This document shows, piece after piece, positions 31,446 through 40,341 of a stretch of DNA of 64,000 nt (position 1 is its first letter; every line of letters begins with the position of its first letter). The stretch is from Selenomonadales bacterium (lineage in GTDB: Bacteria; Bacillota; UBA994): NCBI GenBank assembly GCA_018335585.1, contig JAGXRZ010000053.1, positions 25,189 to 89,188 on the forward strand. Direction: 5' to 3'. The notes beneath the pieces were generated by a model that did no database searches, was not told where the DNA came from, and worked only from the letters and a program-made list of their open reading frames with translations. The translations under genes and the position numbers were made by a program.

Positions 31446-31557
31446 TGCGGCACCTCTTTTACTAAAGGGGAAGCAGGAGGGACTGTCCCTGCTGCTTCCC
31501 CGTTGTGGCTTTCTAGCCATAAAGTTAGACAGCTCTACGGCGCGGAAGTGTCGTTAC

Positions 31558-32796
31558 TTAGCGGCCGTATTTCGTTAGCACCAAGCTGCAGTTATGGCCG
31601 CCAAAGCCAAACGAGTTTTTAAGGGCGGCGCGAATGTGAAGACTCCGCGCACCTTCCGGCACATAGTCTAGGTCGCACTCGGGGTCGGGTGAAGTGCGGT
31701 TGATGGTCGGATGAACGATCCTTTCGTGGATGGATAATGCCGTCGCTATCAGCTCAACCGCGCCCGCCGCCCCCAGCAAATGGCCAACCATGGATTTAGT
31801 GGAGCTGATAGCTAGTCTCTGTGCATGCTCCCCAAAGACCTCTTTTATGGCCTTAGTTTCGAACTTGTCGTTAAGGTCGGTCGATGTGCCATGTGCGTTC
31901 ACATAGTCCACCTCGTGCGGGTTGAGCTTGGCATCAGCTAAGGCTTTCTGCATGCACCGCACAGTGCCTCGAACTTCCGGGTCAGGCGAAGTAATGTGAT
32001 GCGCGTCGTTAGTCGTGGCATAGCCCTTAACCTCGGCGTAGATGCGGGCTCCGCGGGATAAGGCGTGCTCAAGGCTCTCTAGCACCAGTACTCCGGCACC
32101 CTCGCCCATCACAAAGCCGTCGCGCTCCTTGTCGAACGGGCGACTGGCTCGTTTCGGGTCATCATTCCTCGTGCTTAGGGCCCGCGCCGCGATAAAGCCG
32201 GCAATAGCGAGCGGGGTAATGGCGCACTCGGTGCCACCTGCAAGCATCACTTCGCTGTCGCCGCGCTCAATTACGCGGCACGCGTCGCCTACGGCTTGGG
32301 CGCCGCTGGCGCAGGCGGAGACGATGTCGCTCGAGGGGCCCCTGAGGCCAAAGGTAATCGCAATTTGTCCGGCCGCCATATTGCCAATCATCATCGGCAC
32401 AAAGAACGGGCTGACCTTCGCAGGGCCCTTTTCGCGCAGCACGGCGAACTGGTTCTCGAGCGTCTCCATGCCGCCGATGCCTGCCCCTACGTAGACGCCG
32501 ATTTGTGCGGCGTTGTCGGGTGTTACGCTTAGCTCGGCGTCCTCTAAGGCCAGGGAGGCCGCGGCGACGCCGTATTGGGCAAAGCGGTCCATACGCTTGG
32601 CCTCTTTTTTGTCCATGTATTGGCTCGGGTCAAAGTCCTTGACCTCGGCGGCAATCTTGGTGGCAAAGTCCGCAGTGTCAAAACGCGTAATGACGTCGAC
32701 GCCTGACGTGCCAGCTAAGAGCGCCTGCCAAAAGGAGCGGTGACCTGTGCCTATGGGGGACACAACGCCAAGGCCGGTAATCACAACCCTTTTCAT
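31558..32796 (-). CDS. fabF: 3-oxoacyl-ACP synthase II
   Basis: MKRVVITGLGVVSPIG; active-site Cys (SACASG) and His motifs. Confidence 0.9.
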   Translation of the reverse strand: MKRVVITGLGVVSPIGTGHRSFWQALLAGTSGVDVITRFDTADFATKIAAEVKDFDPSQYMDKKEAKRMDRFAQYGVAAASLALEDAELSVTPDNAAQIGVYVGAGIGGMETLENQFAVLREKGPAKVSPFFVPMMIGNMAAGQIAITFGLRGPSSDIVSACASGAQAVGDACRVIERGDSEVMLAGGTECAITPLAIAGFIAARALSTRNDDPKRASRPFDKERDGFVMGEGAGVLVLESLEHALSRGARIYAEVKGYATTNDAHHITSPDPEVRGTVRCMQKALADAKLNPHEVDYVNAHGTSTDLNDKFETKAIKEVFGEHAQRLAISSTKSMVGHLLGAAGAVELIATALSIHERIVHPTINRTSPDPECDLDYVPEGARSLHIRAALKNSFGFGGHNCSLVLTKYGR

Positions 32797-32808
32797 CTGC
32801 ATCTCCTC

Positions 32809-33042
32809 CTAGGCTAGCTTTGCAGATACGTAAGCAACGGCGTCTTCTACGCTCACAATCTTACCCATATCCGCTTCAGGAATGGAAATGCCAAACTCCT
32901 CTTCTAAGCCCATAACCAGCTCAACTAAGTCGAGCGAGTCGGCACCGAGGTCTGCCTTAAACGCGGCAGTAAGCACAACATCCTCCTCTTTTACGGACAG
33001 CTTGTCAGCAATAAGTGGGCGCATGCGATCAAATAGTTCCAT
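32809..33042 (-). CDS. acpP: Acyl carrier protein
   Basis: LGADSLDLVELVMGLEEEFGI phosphopantetheine-attachment motif. Confidence 0.9.
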   Translation of the reverse strand: MELFDRMRPLIADKLSVKEEDVVLTAAFKADLGADSLDLVELVMGLEEEFGISIPEADMGKIVSVEDAVAYVSAKLA

Positions 33043-33062
33043 GTCAACACCTCCTTTCAGGG

Positions 33063-33794
33063 TCATATGTTCATGCCGCCATCAATGGAGAGCACTTGCC
33101 CGGTGATGTAGTCTGCCTGAGGTCCGGCCAGGAACCCGACGGCAGCCGCTACGTCCGCGGGAGAGCCCGCACGGCGGAGGGGAATAGCTTCTAAGAGGCC
33201 AGCCTTAACTTCGGCCGGCAGGGCGTCAGTCATGGCTGTTTCAATAAAACCGGGCGCAACGGCATTACAGGTTATCCCACGACCGGCCAGCTCTTTGGCC
33301 AGGCTCTTAGTCAGACCGACTAAGCCCGCCTTCGAGGCGGCGTAGTTAGCTTGTCCGGCATTGCCACACAGGCCGACTACCGAGGAAATGTTGATGATTT
33401 TGCCGCTCCGCTGTCTAAGCATCACTTTGGCGGCCGCCCGGCTTACCAGGAAGGCCCCGGTTAAGTTAACGTCAATCACAGCCTGCCAGTCCGCTAACTT
33501 CATGCGCAGCAGCAGCGCATCGCGCGTAATGCCGGCATTGTTGACAACTACGTCAAGGCGGCCATAGCGCTTGAGAATCTCGGCAAGCATGGCCTCGACC
33601 CCGGATTCGTTGGCCACGTCAGCCATTACGGCAAGGGCACCACCGCCGTTGCCGGAGAGCTCCTGCACTAAGCTTTCTGCCTGTGCTCGATTGTTGCTGT
33701 AATGCACCACAACCACAAACCCAAGGCGAGCGAGCTCGCGGCAGACCGCCAGACCGATGCCTCCCGTTCCGCCGGTAACGAGGGCAACTTTCAT
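33063..33794 (-). CDS. fabG: 3-oxoacyl-ACP reductase (SDR)
   Basis: TGGTGGIG NAD(P)-binding motif; catalytic YAASK motif. Confidence 0.9.
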   Translation of the reverse strand: MKVALVTGGTGGIGLAVCRELARLGFVVVVHYSNNRAQAESLVQELSGNGGGALAVMADVANESGVEAMLAEILKRYGRLDVVVNNAGITRDALLLRMKLADWQAVIDVNLTGAFLVSRAAAKVMLRQRSGKIINISSVVGLCGNAGQANYAASKAGLVGLTKSLAKELAGRGITCNAVAPGFIETAMTDALPAEVKAGLLEAIPLRRAGSPADVAAAVGFLAGPQADYITGQVLSIDGGMNI

Positions 33795-34726
33795 GCTAAT
33801 GCCTCCAGTAGCTTATCAAGTCCCGCCTTATTTTCTATGCTTAACGCCTTGACTTCTTTGTCGATGCGCTTAACAAACGAAGCCAGTGAATTCCCCGGGC
33901 CCAGCTCGACGAAAGTACGGTACCCGTCGGCAAGTAAGCGGCGAATGGAATCTTCAAAGTGCACCGGCCTACTGACTTGTGCGACTAACAAGTCTGCTAG
34001 CTTTGCATCCGTGTGGTAGTCTGCAGTTACGTTGCTAACTACCGGTAAGCGAAGCGGTGTAAAGTCGGCCTGCGCCAAAAACGCACGCAAAGCTTCCCCG
34101 GCGCCCTGGAGGAGGGCGGTATGGAACGGTGCACTTACCGGGAGCTTTACCGTCCGCTTGGCACCGAGTGCGGCGCACTTGCTTAGCGCGGCATCCACGG
34201 CAGCCGCCTCGCCTGCTATGACTACTTGCCCCGGGCAATTGTAGTTAGCGATGGCCACTAGGCCAAGTCCTAGTTCCTGCACATTGGCGCAGGTCTGCTC
34301 AACTAGTTGTGTCTCTAGTCCCATTACCGCCGCCGCGGCGCCGTAACCTATGGGCACCGCCGCCTGCATGAGCCTGCCGCGCTCGCGTACCAGGCAGACC
34401 GCCTTCTCAAAGCGAAGTGCGCCGGCTGCTACCAGAGACGCATATTCGCCTAGCGAAAGCCCGGCTGTCGCTGTCGGTGTAATGCCATGCTTCTCTAATA
34501 CACGCAGCAGAGCGACGCTTGTAGTTAGAATCGCCGGCTGTGTAATCTCTGTCTGCGCGAGCTGCTCCGCTGGGCCACCCCAAACTACATCGCGCAGAGA
34601 AAAACCAAGGGCCCGGTCCGCCTCGGCAAAGACCTCCGCCGCTTCACCAAACTGCCCGGCAATCTCCTTGCCCATGCCGACATATTGGCTACCTTGACCG
34701 GGAAACAAAAACACTAGTTTTTCCAT
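33791..34726 (-). CDS. fabD: Malonyl-CoA:ACP transacylase
   Basis: FPGQGSQYVGMG; GLSLGEY active site. Confidence 0.9.
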   Translation of the reverse strand: MEKLVFLFPGQGSQYVGMGKEIAGQFGEAAEVFAEADRALGFSLRDVVWGGPAEQLAQTEITQPAILTTSVALLRVLEKHGITPTATAGLSLGEYASLVAAGALRFEKAVCLVRERGRLMQAAVPIGYGAAAAVMGLETQLVEQTCANVQELGLGLVAIANYNCPGQVVIAGEAAAVDAALSKCAALGAKRTVKLPVSAPFHTALLQGAGEALRAFLAQADFTPLRLPVVSNVTADYHTDAKLADLLVAQVSRPVHFEDSIRRLLADGYRTFVELGPGNSLASFVKRIDKEVKALSIENKAGLDKLLEALA

Positions 34727-35649
34727 ATGCCCCTCCCAAGTAACCTCTCCGTTTGTTCGACTAGAGACAACATCAGTTCTTGTGTCGAGAGAATGCTCTT
34801 AACCAGCCCTGCCGACTGCCCGGCCATTAACGAGCCCTTGTGGACGTCTCCCTGCTCGAATGCCAGTCGCAACCTGCCCGCGCCCAGCTTATGTAGCTCC
34901 TCTTCATCGGCGCCTTGGCGCTCTAGGACTGCGATTTCGCGCGTCAGTTGATTCTTTAGCGCGCGCACGGGGTGGCCAATTGAGGCACCGCAGATTATGG
35001 CATCGCGGTCGCCTGCCGCGACGATAGCCTCTTTGTAGTTCGCATGGGCTTCGCATTCGGTGGTGCAGATAAAGCGCGTGCCCAACTGCACGCCTTCTGC
35101 GCCTAGCATGAGCGCAGCGGCGATGCCGCGTCCGTCGGCGATGCCTCCGGCGGCGATTACTGGTACAGTTACAGCGTCGACTATCTGGGGGACCAAGGCC
35201 ATGGTAGAGATCTCGCCGATATGCCCCCCGGCCTCGTTGCCTTCGGCGACAATCGCGTCCGCCCCCATGCGCTCCAGCCGCCTAGCCAAGGCAACGGAGG
35301 CCACCACGGGAATAACCTTGCATTCCGCAGTCTTAAAAGCCTCCATGTAGGGACCTGGGCTTCCGGCACCGGTGGTAACTACAGGCACGCGCTCTTCGAC
35401 GACAACCTGTACTACGTCTTTGACCGCCGGCGACAACAACATTACGTTTACGCCGAAAGGCATGTCTGTTAGCCTACGAATTTTCCTGATTTCCTGCCGC
35501 ACCCATTCGCCCGGTGCGTGGCCGGCTCCCACAATGCCAAGGCCGCCCGCATCGGAGACGGCTGCGGCAAGAGCTGCTGTTGCCACCCACGCCATGCCGC
35601 CTTGCATAATCGGGTACTTAGTACCGAGCAGCGTTCTTACTCTGTCCAT
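34714..35649 (-). CDS. fabK: Enoyl-ACP reductase II (FMN-dependent, FabK)
   Basis: MDRVRTLLGTKYPIMQGGMAWVATAALAAAVSDAGGLGI is collinear with S. pneumoniae FabK. The ORF-track entry is extended at the N-terminus. Confidence 0.85.
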   Translation of the reverse strand: MDRVRTLLGTKYPIMQGGMAWVATAALAAAVSDAGGLGIVGAGHAPGEWVRQEIRKIRRLTDMPFGVNVMLLSPAVKDVVQVVVEERVPVVTTGAGSPGPYMEAFKTAECKVIPVVASVALARRLERMGADAIVAEGNEAGGHIGEISTMALVPQIVDAVTVPVIAAGGIADGRGIAAALMLGAEGVQLGTRFICTTECEAHANYKEAIVAAGDRDAIICGASIGHPVRALKNQLTREIAVLERQGADEEELHKLGAGRLRLAFEQGDVHKGSLMAGQSAGLVKSILSTQELMLSLVEQTERLLGRGIWKN

Positions 35650-35653
35650 ACCC

Positions 35654-36643
35654 TTAGCGCACCTGCCATTCCAATAAGCAGGAGCCCCACGTGAGCCCGC
35701 CGCCAAATCCCACCAGCATAACCTTGTCGCCCGTTCTAAGCCTCACTGCGCCAAACTCTTCGTGCAAAGCAACAGGAATCGACGCAGACGACATATTGCC
35801 ATATCTGTCAAGATTTACAGCGATTTTCTCCGGCGATAGCTTTAGTCGCTTAGCGAAGCCCTCGATAATGCGTAAATTCGCCTGATGAGGTATGTAGTAG
35901 TCGACCGCCTCAAAGCCGAGCCCCAGTTTGGCAAGCAGCTGTCCGCACGCCTCCTCTACTATCCGCACGGCGAACTTGTACACCTCTTGACCGTTCATGT
36001 GCACGTAGTGGCGGCGGCCGTTTACAGTCTCCAGCGAAGCAGGCAAGCGCGAACCCCCGGCGGGTAGTGTCAGCACATCGCCCGCCGTGCCATCAGCCCC
36101 GAGGTGTACCCCTAGTATGCGAGGCCCATTTCCATCCGCGCTTACGACGGCCGCACCCGCGCCGTCGCCAAACAAGACGCAGGTATTGCGGTCTTGCCAG
36201 TTTACAATGCGGGACAGCGTCTCCGCGCCAACTATTAAGACATGCCGCCAACTGCCAGACTCTATAGCCTGCTTGGCAAGCTGTAGCCCATACACAAATC
36301 CCGTACAAGCCGCGCCTAGGTCAAAAGCAATTGCGTTATGTGCACCTAACTGGCCCTGAATAATACACGCCGTAGAGGGGAACAACATATCTGGAGTGAC
36401 TGTGCAAACAATAATCGCGTCAAGGTCTGCGGGTTGTAGGCCTGCGGCTTCAATCGCTTGCTTGGCTGCCGGGTAAGACAAGTCCGAGGTAGCCTGCTCC
36501 GGCAGAGCGATGCGGCGCTCCCTGATGCCGGTCCTGCTCTCTATCCACTCTGCCGTGGTGTCTATGACACTTTCTAGCTCCTTGTTCGTCAAGACACGTG
36601 TCGGCACATACGCGCCGGTGCCTGAGATCACTGCTGTAGGCAC
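35654..36643 (-). CDS. fabH: 3-oxoacyl-ACP synthase III
   Basis: True start is GTG ~36643 (VPTAVISGTGAYVP) with SD GGGAGG. The ORF-track start at 36700 reads through the promoter and operator. Confidence 0.85.
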   Translation of the reverse strand: MPTAVISGTGAYVPTRVLTNKELESVIDTTAEWIESRTGIRERRIALPEQATSDLSYPAAKQAIEAAGLQPADLDAIIVCTVTPDMLFPSTACIIQGQLGAHNAIAFDLGAACTGFVYGLQLAKQAIESGSWRHVLIVGAETLSRIVNWQDRNTCVLFGDGAGAAVVSADGNGPRILGVHLGADGTAGDVLTLPAGGSRLPASLETVNGRRHYVHMNGQEVYKFAVRIVEEACGQLLAKLGLGFEAVDYYIPHQANLRIIEGFAKRLKLSPEKIAVNLDRYGNMSSASIPVALHEEFGAVRLRTGDKVMLVGFGGGLTWGSCLLEWQVR

Positions 36644-36674
36644 GATACACCTCCCATTTCGTTTCACATGTTGA

Positions 36675-36739
36675 AATATCCCTGTGCACACAATGTGCAC
36701 AGGGATATTATACTTACTCGGCGAGCGTTTGTCAACGAA
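36675..36739 (-). promoter_or_regulatory. fab operon consensus sigma-A promoter (TTGACA-17-TATAAT) overlapping a 16-3-16 perfect palindrome AATATCCCTGTGCACAcaaTGTGCACAGGGATATT
   Basis: Minus-strand reading: cgTTGACAaacgctcgccgagtaagTATAATatccctgtgcacattgtgtgcacagggatattt, then SD and fabH. The palindrome spans -10 and +1. Confidence 0.65.
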
Positions 36740-36766
36740 GCAAAAAGCTCCGTCCCTTTTGCTTCA
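36737..36766. repeat. 34-bp hairpin repeat copy 1 (AACGAAGCAAAAAGCTCCGTCCCTTTTGCTTCAC)
   Basis: 9-bp stem GAAGCAAAA/TTTTGCTTC with an 11-nt loop. It overlaps the stop codon of the Schlafen-like gene and abuts the fab -35 element. Confidence 0.85.
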
Positions 36767-38200
36767 CTTGGTGACAAAGCGCTGGTAACGGCTGCGAGGT
36801 CTTTCGGGCATCGTGAGGCGAATTTTCCCGGCATCAATTAGGGGCTGCACTAACTTGGACATCGTGTAGTATTGCGAGAATCCGGTAAAGCGGGTCAGCT
36901 CATCCCTCGACCTCGGAATGCTGCAAAACGTCAGTAACGCTGCCACCTGGTCGTGGCTTGCTTCTCTAATCGCCGCATGTAAGTTGTTTCTGAATGTGAC
37001 GACGAACTCACCCCTTTGGGCTGCAAAAAGCGGTGCAGGCAACTTGGCCTGATCACATTCTCTGCGGATTGTCGGGATGCCTGAATATCGATTCTCTGTA
37101 ACGGAAAGAAGTTCCAGTATGTTAGCAAGAGTCGGGTTGCGGGTGTCAGGACGCACCTTGCCAAGAGAATCGATGGAGATGTTCCCATATAGTCCGCCGC
37201 TGTTTGTCACCTCCATGCGGTCGCTATACATGACGATACGCACTGGGACAGATTCGGAGTGGATGCTGTAATCTCGATGCACGAGCGCGTTTAGGATGGC
37301 CTCGCGAACCGCCAAGGGAGGAAACTCTGGTCTGTCAACTCGCTTGCCGTCATCCCCAATGACGGTTGTTAGTCGTCCATTCCTTCGCACGAAGTCCACA
37401 GCAGCCTCTAACATGTCGGGTATAGGGCCCGTGATTCGCTGATTGGCTATGAAACGCTCGCCGGCAGTACCGGTATCCCCCATGCTCGTCCCGGGGACGA
37501 CGACTGCCGTGATGCACAGCTGCGGAAAGTTTGCCTGGGGATAGTGAGACAGCGCCATGAGGCCAGCTAGTGTAGGGGTTCCGTTCACCGTCACGCCCAT
37601 AAGCTCCAAAATGCCCTCATCAGATACGTTGTCGGCAATATTCCTTCGGTCGAGCTTAACTGCCCTTAAGTATCGCTCCACACGAGTGGGGTCAAAAAAT
37701 GACAGTCTTGCACTAACCACCGGCCGTAGGTCGTCACGGATACGTTTTCGAAAGGCGTCGAAGCTGTATATCTCATATTCACTCATCAGATCATTAGACT
37801 CCCCGACGCGAATGTACGATCCCTTGTTCCGGCCGACCCCTCTGTAATAGACTGGACGTTGGTCGGCGTCGACACTTGGTATTTCAGCCGCGACGACATG
37901 GTGCCCGTCTATCGTCGCAATGGTGAACAATGGGCGAACGATGGGCTCCATCTGTTTGCACTGCTCGGTAACCTTCCTCTGCAAGTCGTGCGGATCATAT
38001 ACGCCAACAGCACTAAAGCCCGCGCGCTCATCAAGACCAAACACAATCACCCCACCGTCATCTTGGTTAGAGAATGCGGACAATGTGCCGAACAGGCGAG
38101 TAGGGCAGCCATCACGGGCAGACTTCACCTCGATGCCCTGTGATTCGGTCTTCTGCGCTTGGATTTGATGCACCAAATCGACTAGCTCCTCAACCTGCAT
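36764..38200 (-). CDS. Schlafen/AlbA_2-domain ATPase with a C-terminal HATPase_c_4/wHTH region (the 'RecG-like putative transcriptional regulator' family)
   Basis: MQVEELVDLVHQIQAQKTESQGIEVKSA at ATG ~38200 with SD GGAGGTG; ~478 aa. The ORF-track entry extends to 38254. Confidence 0.6.
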   Translation of the reverse strand: MQVEELVDLVHQIQAQKTESQGIEVKSARDGCPTRLFGTLSAFSNQDDGGVIVFGLDERAGFSAVGVYDPHDLQRKVTEQCKQMEPIVRPLFTIATIDGHHVVAAEIPSVDADQRPVYYRGVGRNKGSYIRVGESNDLMSEYEIYSFDAFRKRIRDDLRPVVSARLSFFDPTRVERYLRAVKLDRRNIADNVSDEGILELMGVTVNGTPTLAGLMALSHYPQANFPQLCITAVVVPGTSMGDTGTAGERFIANQRITGPIPDMLEAAVDFVRRNGRLTTVIGDDGKRVDRPEFPPLAVREAILNALVHRDYSIHSESVPVRIVMYSDRMEVTNSGGLYGNISIDSLGKVRPDTRNPTLANILELLSVTENRYSGIPTIRRECDQAKLPAPLFAAQRGEFVVTFRNNLHAAIREASHDQVAALLTFCSIPRSRDELTRFTGFSQYYTMSKLVQPLIDAGKIRLTMPERPRSRYQRFVTK

Positions 38201-38219
38201 CTTCCCACCTCCTACCACT

Positions 38220-38346
38220 ATTATGACAACAATGCGGCAAAAATACAACAGCAAACGTTATTTTACGCAACAACAGTCCAAATTAACGCAACAACAGCGC
38301 GAAATAACGCAACAACAGGCCAACTTGAACCACATTGTTGCGTTAA
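38220..38346 (-). promoter_or_regulatory. Promoter (TTGTAT-17-CATAAT, TG-extended) preceded by three 21-bp-phased direct repeats TAACGCAACAACAG and one inverted copy
   Basis: -10 at 38220-25 and -35 at 38243-48 on the minus strand. Repeats at 38265-76, 38286-97 and 38307-18; inverted copy at 38333-46. Confidence 0.5.
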
Positions 38347-38360
38347 CTGAGTTTATCAAC

Positions 38361-38390
38361 GAAGCAAAAAGCTCCGTCCCTTTTGCTTCA
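38361..38390. repeat. 34-bp hairpin repeat copy 2
   Basis: aacgaagcaaaaagctccgtcccttttgcttcac, identical to copy 1. Confidence 0.85.
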
Positions 38391-38450
38391 CACCCATTTC
38401 CGAAAAAATGCTCAGTAGCCCTCCGGCGAGGAAACCAAACCAAAGTCCCT

Positions 38451-40235
38451 TCATGCGCACACCTCCGCCACATCACTTTGGCAGAGCACTTTTCCATGCT
38501 CAAATAGGCTGGCGTAATGTCCCTGTCGTGCCAAGAGCTCGGCGTGCGGCCCTGCCTCGACCACGCGCCCTCCATGTATAACGGCGATGCGATCCACGCG
38601 ACTTAAGAGATGCAGGCGATGCGTGACAATAATCTTGGTCGACGGAAGGCGCAATATGCAGTCTGTCACCAACCGCTCCGTTTTCATATCGAGCGCGGCC
38701 GTCGCTTCGTCTAAGAGCAAAACCGCGGCTCCGCGCAAAATGGCTCGCGCCAACGCTATCCGCTGTCGCTGCCCGCCCGATAGGGTACCCCCGCCCTCGC
38801 CTATAATCGTGTCGTAGCCCTGCGGCAGTGCCTTAATAAACTCGTCCGCTCCGGCCTGTGCGGCCGCCGCCCGAATATCTGTCTGCGTGGCGTCAAGATT
38901 GCCTAACCGGATGTTCTCTGCGATTGAGGTCGGCAAGAAGAAGTCATCCTGCGGGACATACGCCATATGCCGGCGCACGCAGGCGATTGACTCGGCGTCT
39001 AAGGCTTGACCGAAGCAAGAGACGACTCCGGCACTCGGTTGCCTAAAGCCAAGCAGGAGCTCCAGTAAGGTGCTTTTGCCCGCGCCGCTCGCCCCCACGA
39101 TGGCTAACGCCTCTCCGGTTCGCACCTTGAGGCTGAGCTCGCGCAACACGTCAGTCGCACCCGTAAACCCAAACGATACCCTATCGAATTCCACTGCGTA
39201 CTCCAGAGCGGCAGGCGGAGGCGGGCAGACCTTAGGCGGTAATGGCTCCACAGGCAGCTCCAGGACTTCCAGTACTCGTTCCGCCGCTTCACTGGCCGCT
39301 TTAATGTTTGCCAAGCTCTGCGCCACTCCCGAGAGCGGCCAGGTCAAGGCATTAAGCAGGTTTAGCAGTACAAAGAGCTGCCCTAAGCTCAGTCTGCCTG
39401 CGATAACGTCAAGCCCGCCTACGCCAAACAGCACGAGAAAAGGCACGACCGAGAACACTGTCATGGCTGCGTGCATCTGGCCCCGCAGCAAGGCGAGCTT
39501 AGCCGCATTGCCTACGGCGCTTTCCTGCAGGGCACTCATCCGTGCAACAAGGTAGTCGCGCATATTGTAGACCTTGGCAATGACTATTCCGGCCACCGTA
39601 TCTTGCGCGAGAACATTCACCTTAGCTATATCGCTTTGCCATAACTTGAGGACCGCACCCATGCGCCCGCCTAGCCAAGATGCGACAAACATCATGAGCG
39701 GCGCCATCGCCACCGTCAGCAATGTAACTTTCCATGACACGAGCAGCATTACCACCAGCGAGGCGACAAAGCCTAAGCTGCCTTGTGCGAGGTTTGGCAG
39801 GTGGCGCGCGAAGGCCGACCGCACGACTTGTGCGTCATTGCTAAGGCGAGAAACATACTCCCCGCTGTGCGTTTGTTCGAGCGCAGGGATGCGAGCCCGG
39901 CCAAGGTGCATGGCCACTTGCGCGCGCAGGCCGTGCATAACGCTCTCCGCGAGTTCTCCGGTAAGCAGTTGCCGCAGTAGCAAAGCAATGTCTCCGCCAA
40001 CCCAAACCAAAACTAACAGCAAAAACGTCTGCCCAAACGCCTCTCTGTCGGCAAGGATGCCTACATCAATAATTGCCCCAAGCTGCCGAGCTAAGAGCAC
40101 CCCCAGCGCCACTTGCAGAGCGATAACCAGCAACGCCCCAAGCGCTGTGATTCTATGCTGCCTGACGTACCCCCATAGTGCTTGCTGCCCTCGCCTTGGT
40201 TCCTTACTTGCTGCCGCCCGAGGTTTCCCCTGCAT
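38451..40235 (-). CDS. Fused TMD-NBD ABC exporter (MsbA/multidrug-type half transporter)
   Basis: Walker A GASGAGKST; signature LSGGQRQRIALARAI; Walker B LLLDEATAALD; six N-terminal TM helices. Confidence 0.85.
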   Translation of the reverse strand: MQGKPRAAASKEPRRGQQALWGYVRQHRITALGALLVIALQVALGVLLARQLGAIIDVGILADREAFGQTFLLLVLVWVGGDIALLLRQLLTGELAESVMHGLRAQVAMHLGRARIPALEQTHSGEYVSRLSNDAQVVRSAFARHLPNLAQGSLGFVASLVVMLLVSWKVTLLTVAMAPLMMFVASWLGGRMGAVLKLWQSDIAKVNVLAQDTVAGIVIAKVYNMRDYLVARMSALQESAVGNAAKLALLRGQMHAAMTVFSVVPFLVLFGVGGLDVIAGRLSLGQLFVLLNLLNALTWPLSGVAQSLANIKAASEAAERVLEVLELPVEPLPPKVCPPPPAALEYAVEFDRVSFGFTGATDVLRELSLKVRTGEALAIVGASGAGKSTLLELLLGFRQPSAGVVSCFGQALDAESIACVRRHMAYVPQDDFFLPTSIAENIRLGNLDATQTDIRAAAAQAGADEFIKALPQGYDTIIGEGGGTLSGGQRQRIALARAILRGAAVLLLDEATAALDMKTERLVTDCILRLPSTKIIVTHRLHLLSRVDRIAVIHGGRVVEAGPHAELLARQGHYASLFEHGKVLCQSDVAEVCA

Positions 40236-40341
40236 GTGCTACCCCCTTAATTTACAGACGTCTTCTGAGTGCGCGTCGTCATGCCCTCCAAAATATTCTA
40301 CATCTGACCCCCTCTACCTGCCGGCAAATGAAAAATTAAGC

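Noticed and set aside
36644-36700. ORF-track N-terminal extension of fabH (MHIVCTGIFQHVKRNGRCI...)
   Set aside because: It reads through the palindromic operator and the -10 box. GTG ~36643 is preceded by a GGGAGG SD and gives the canonical FabH N-terminus.
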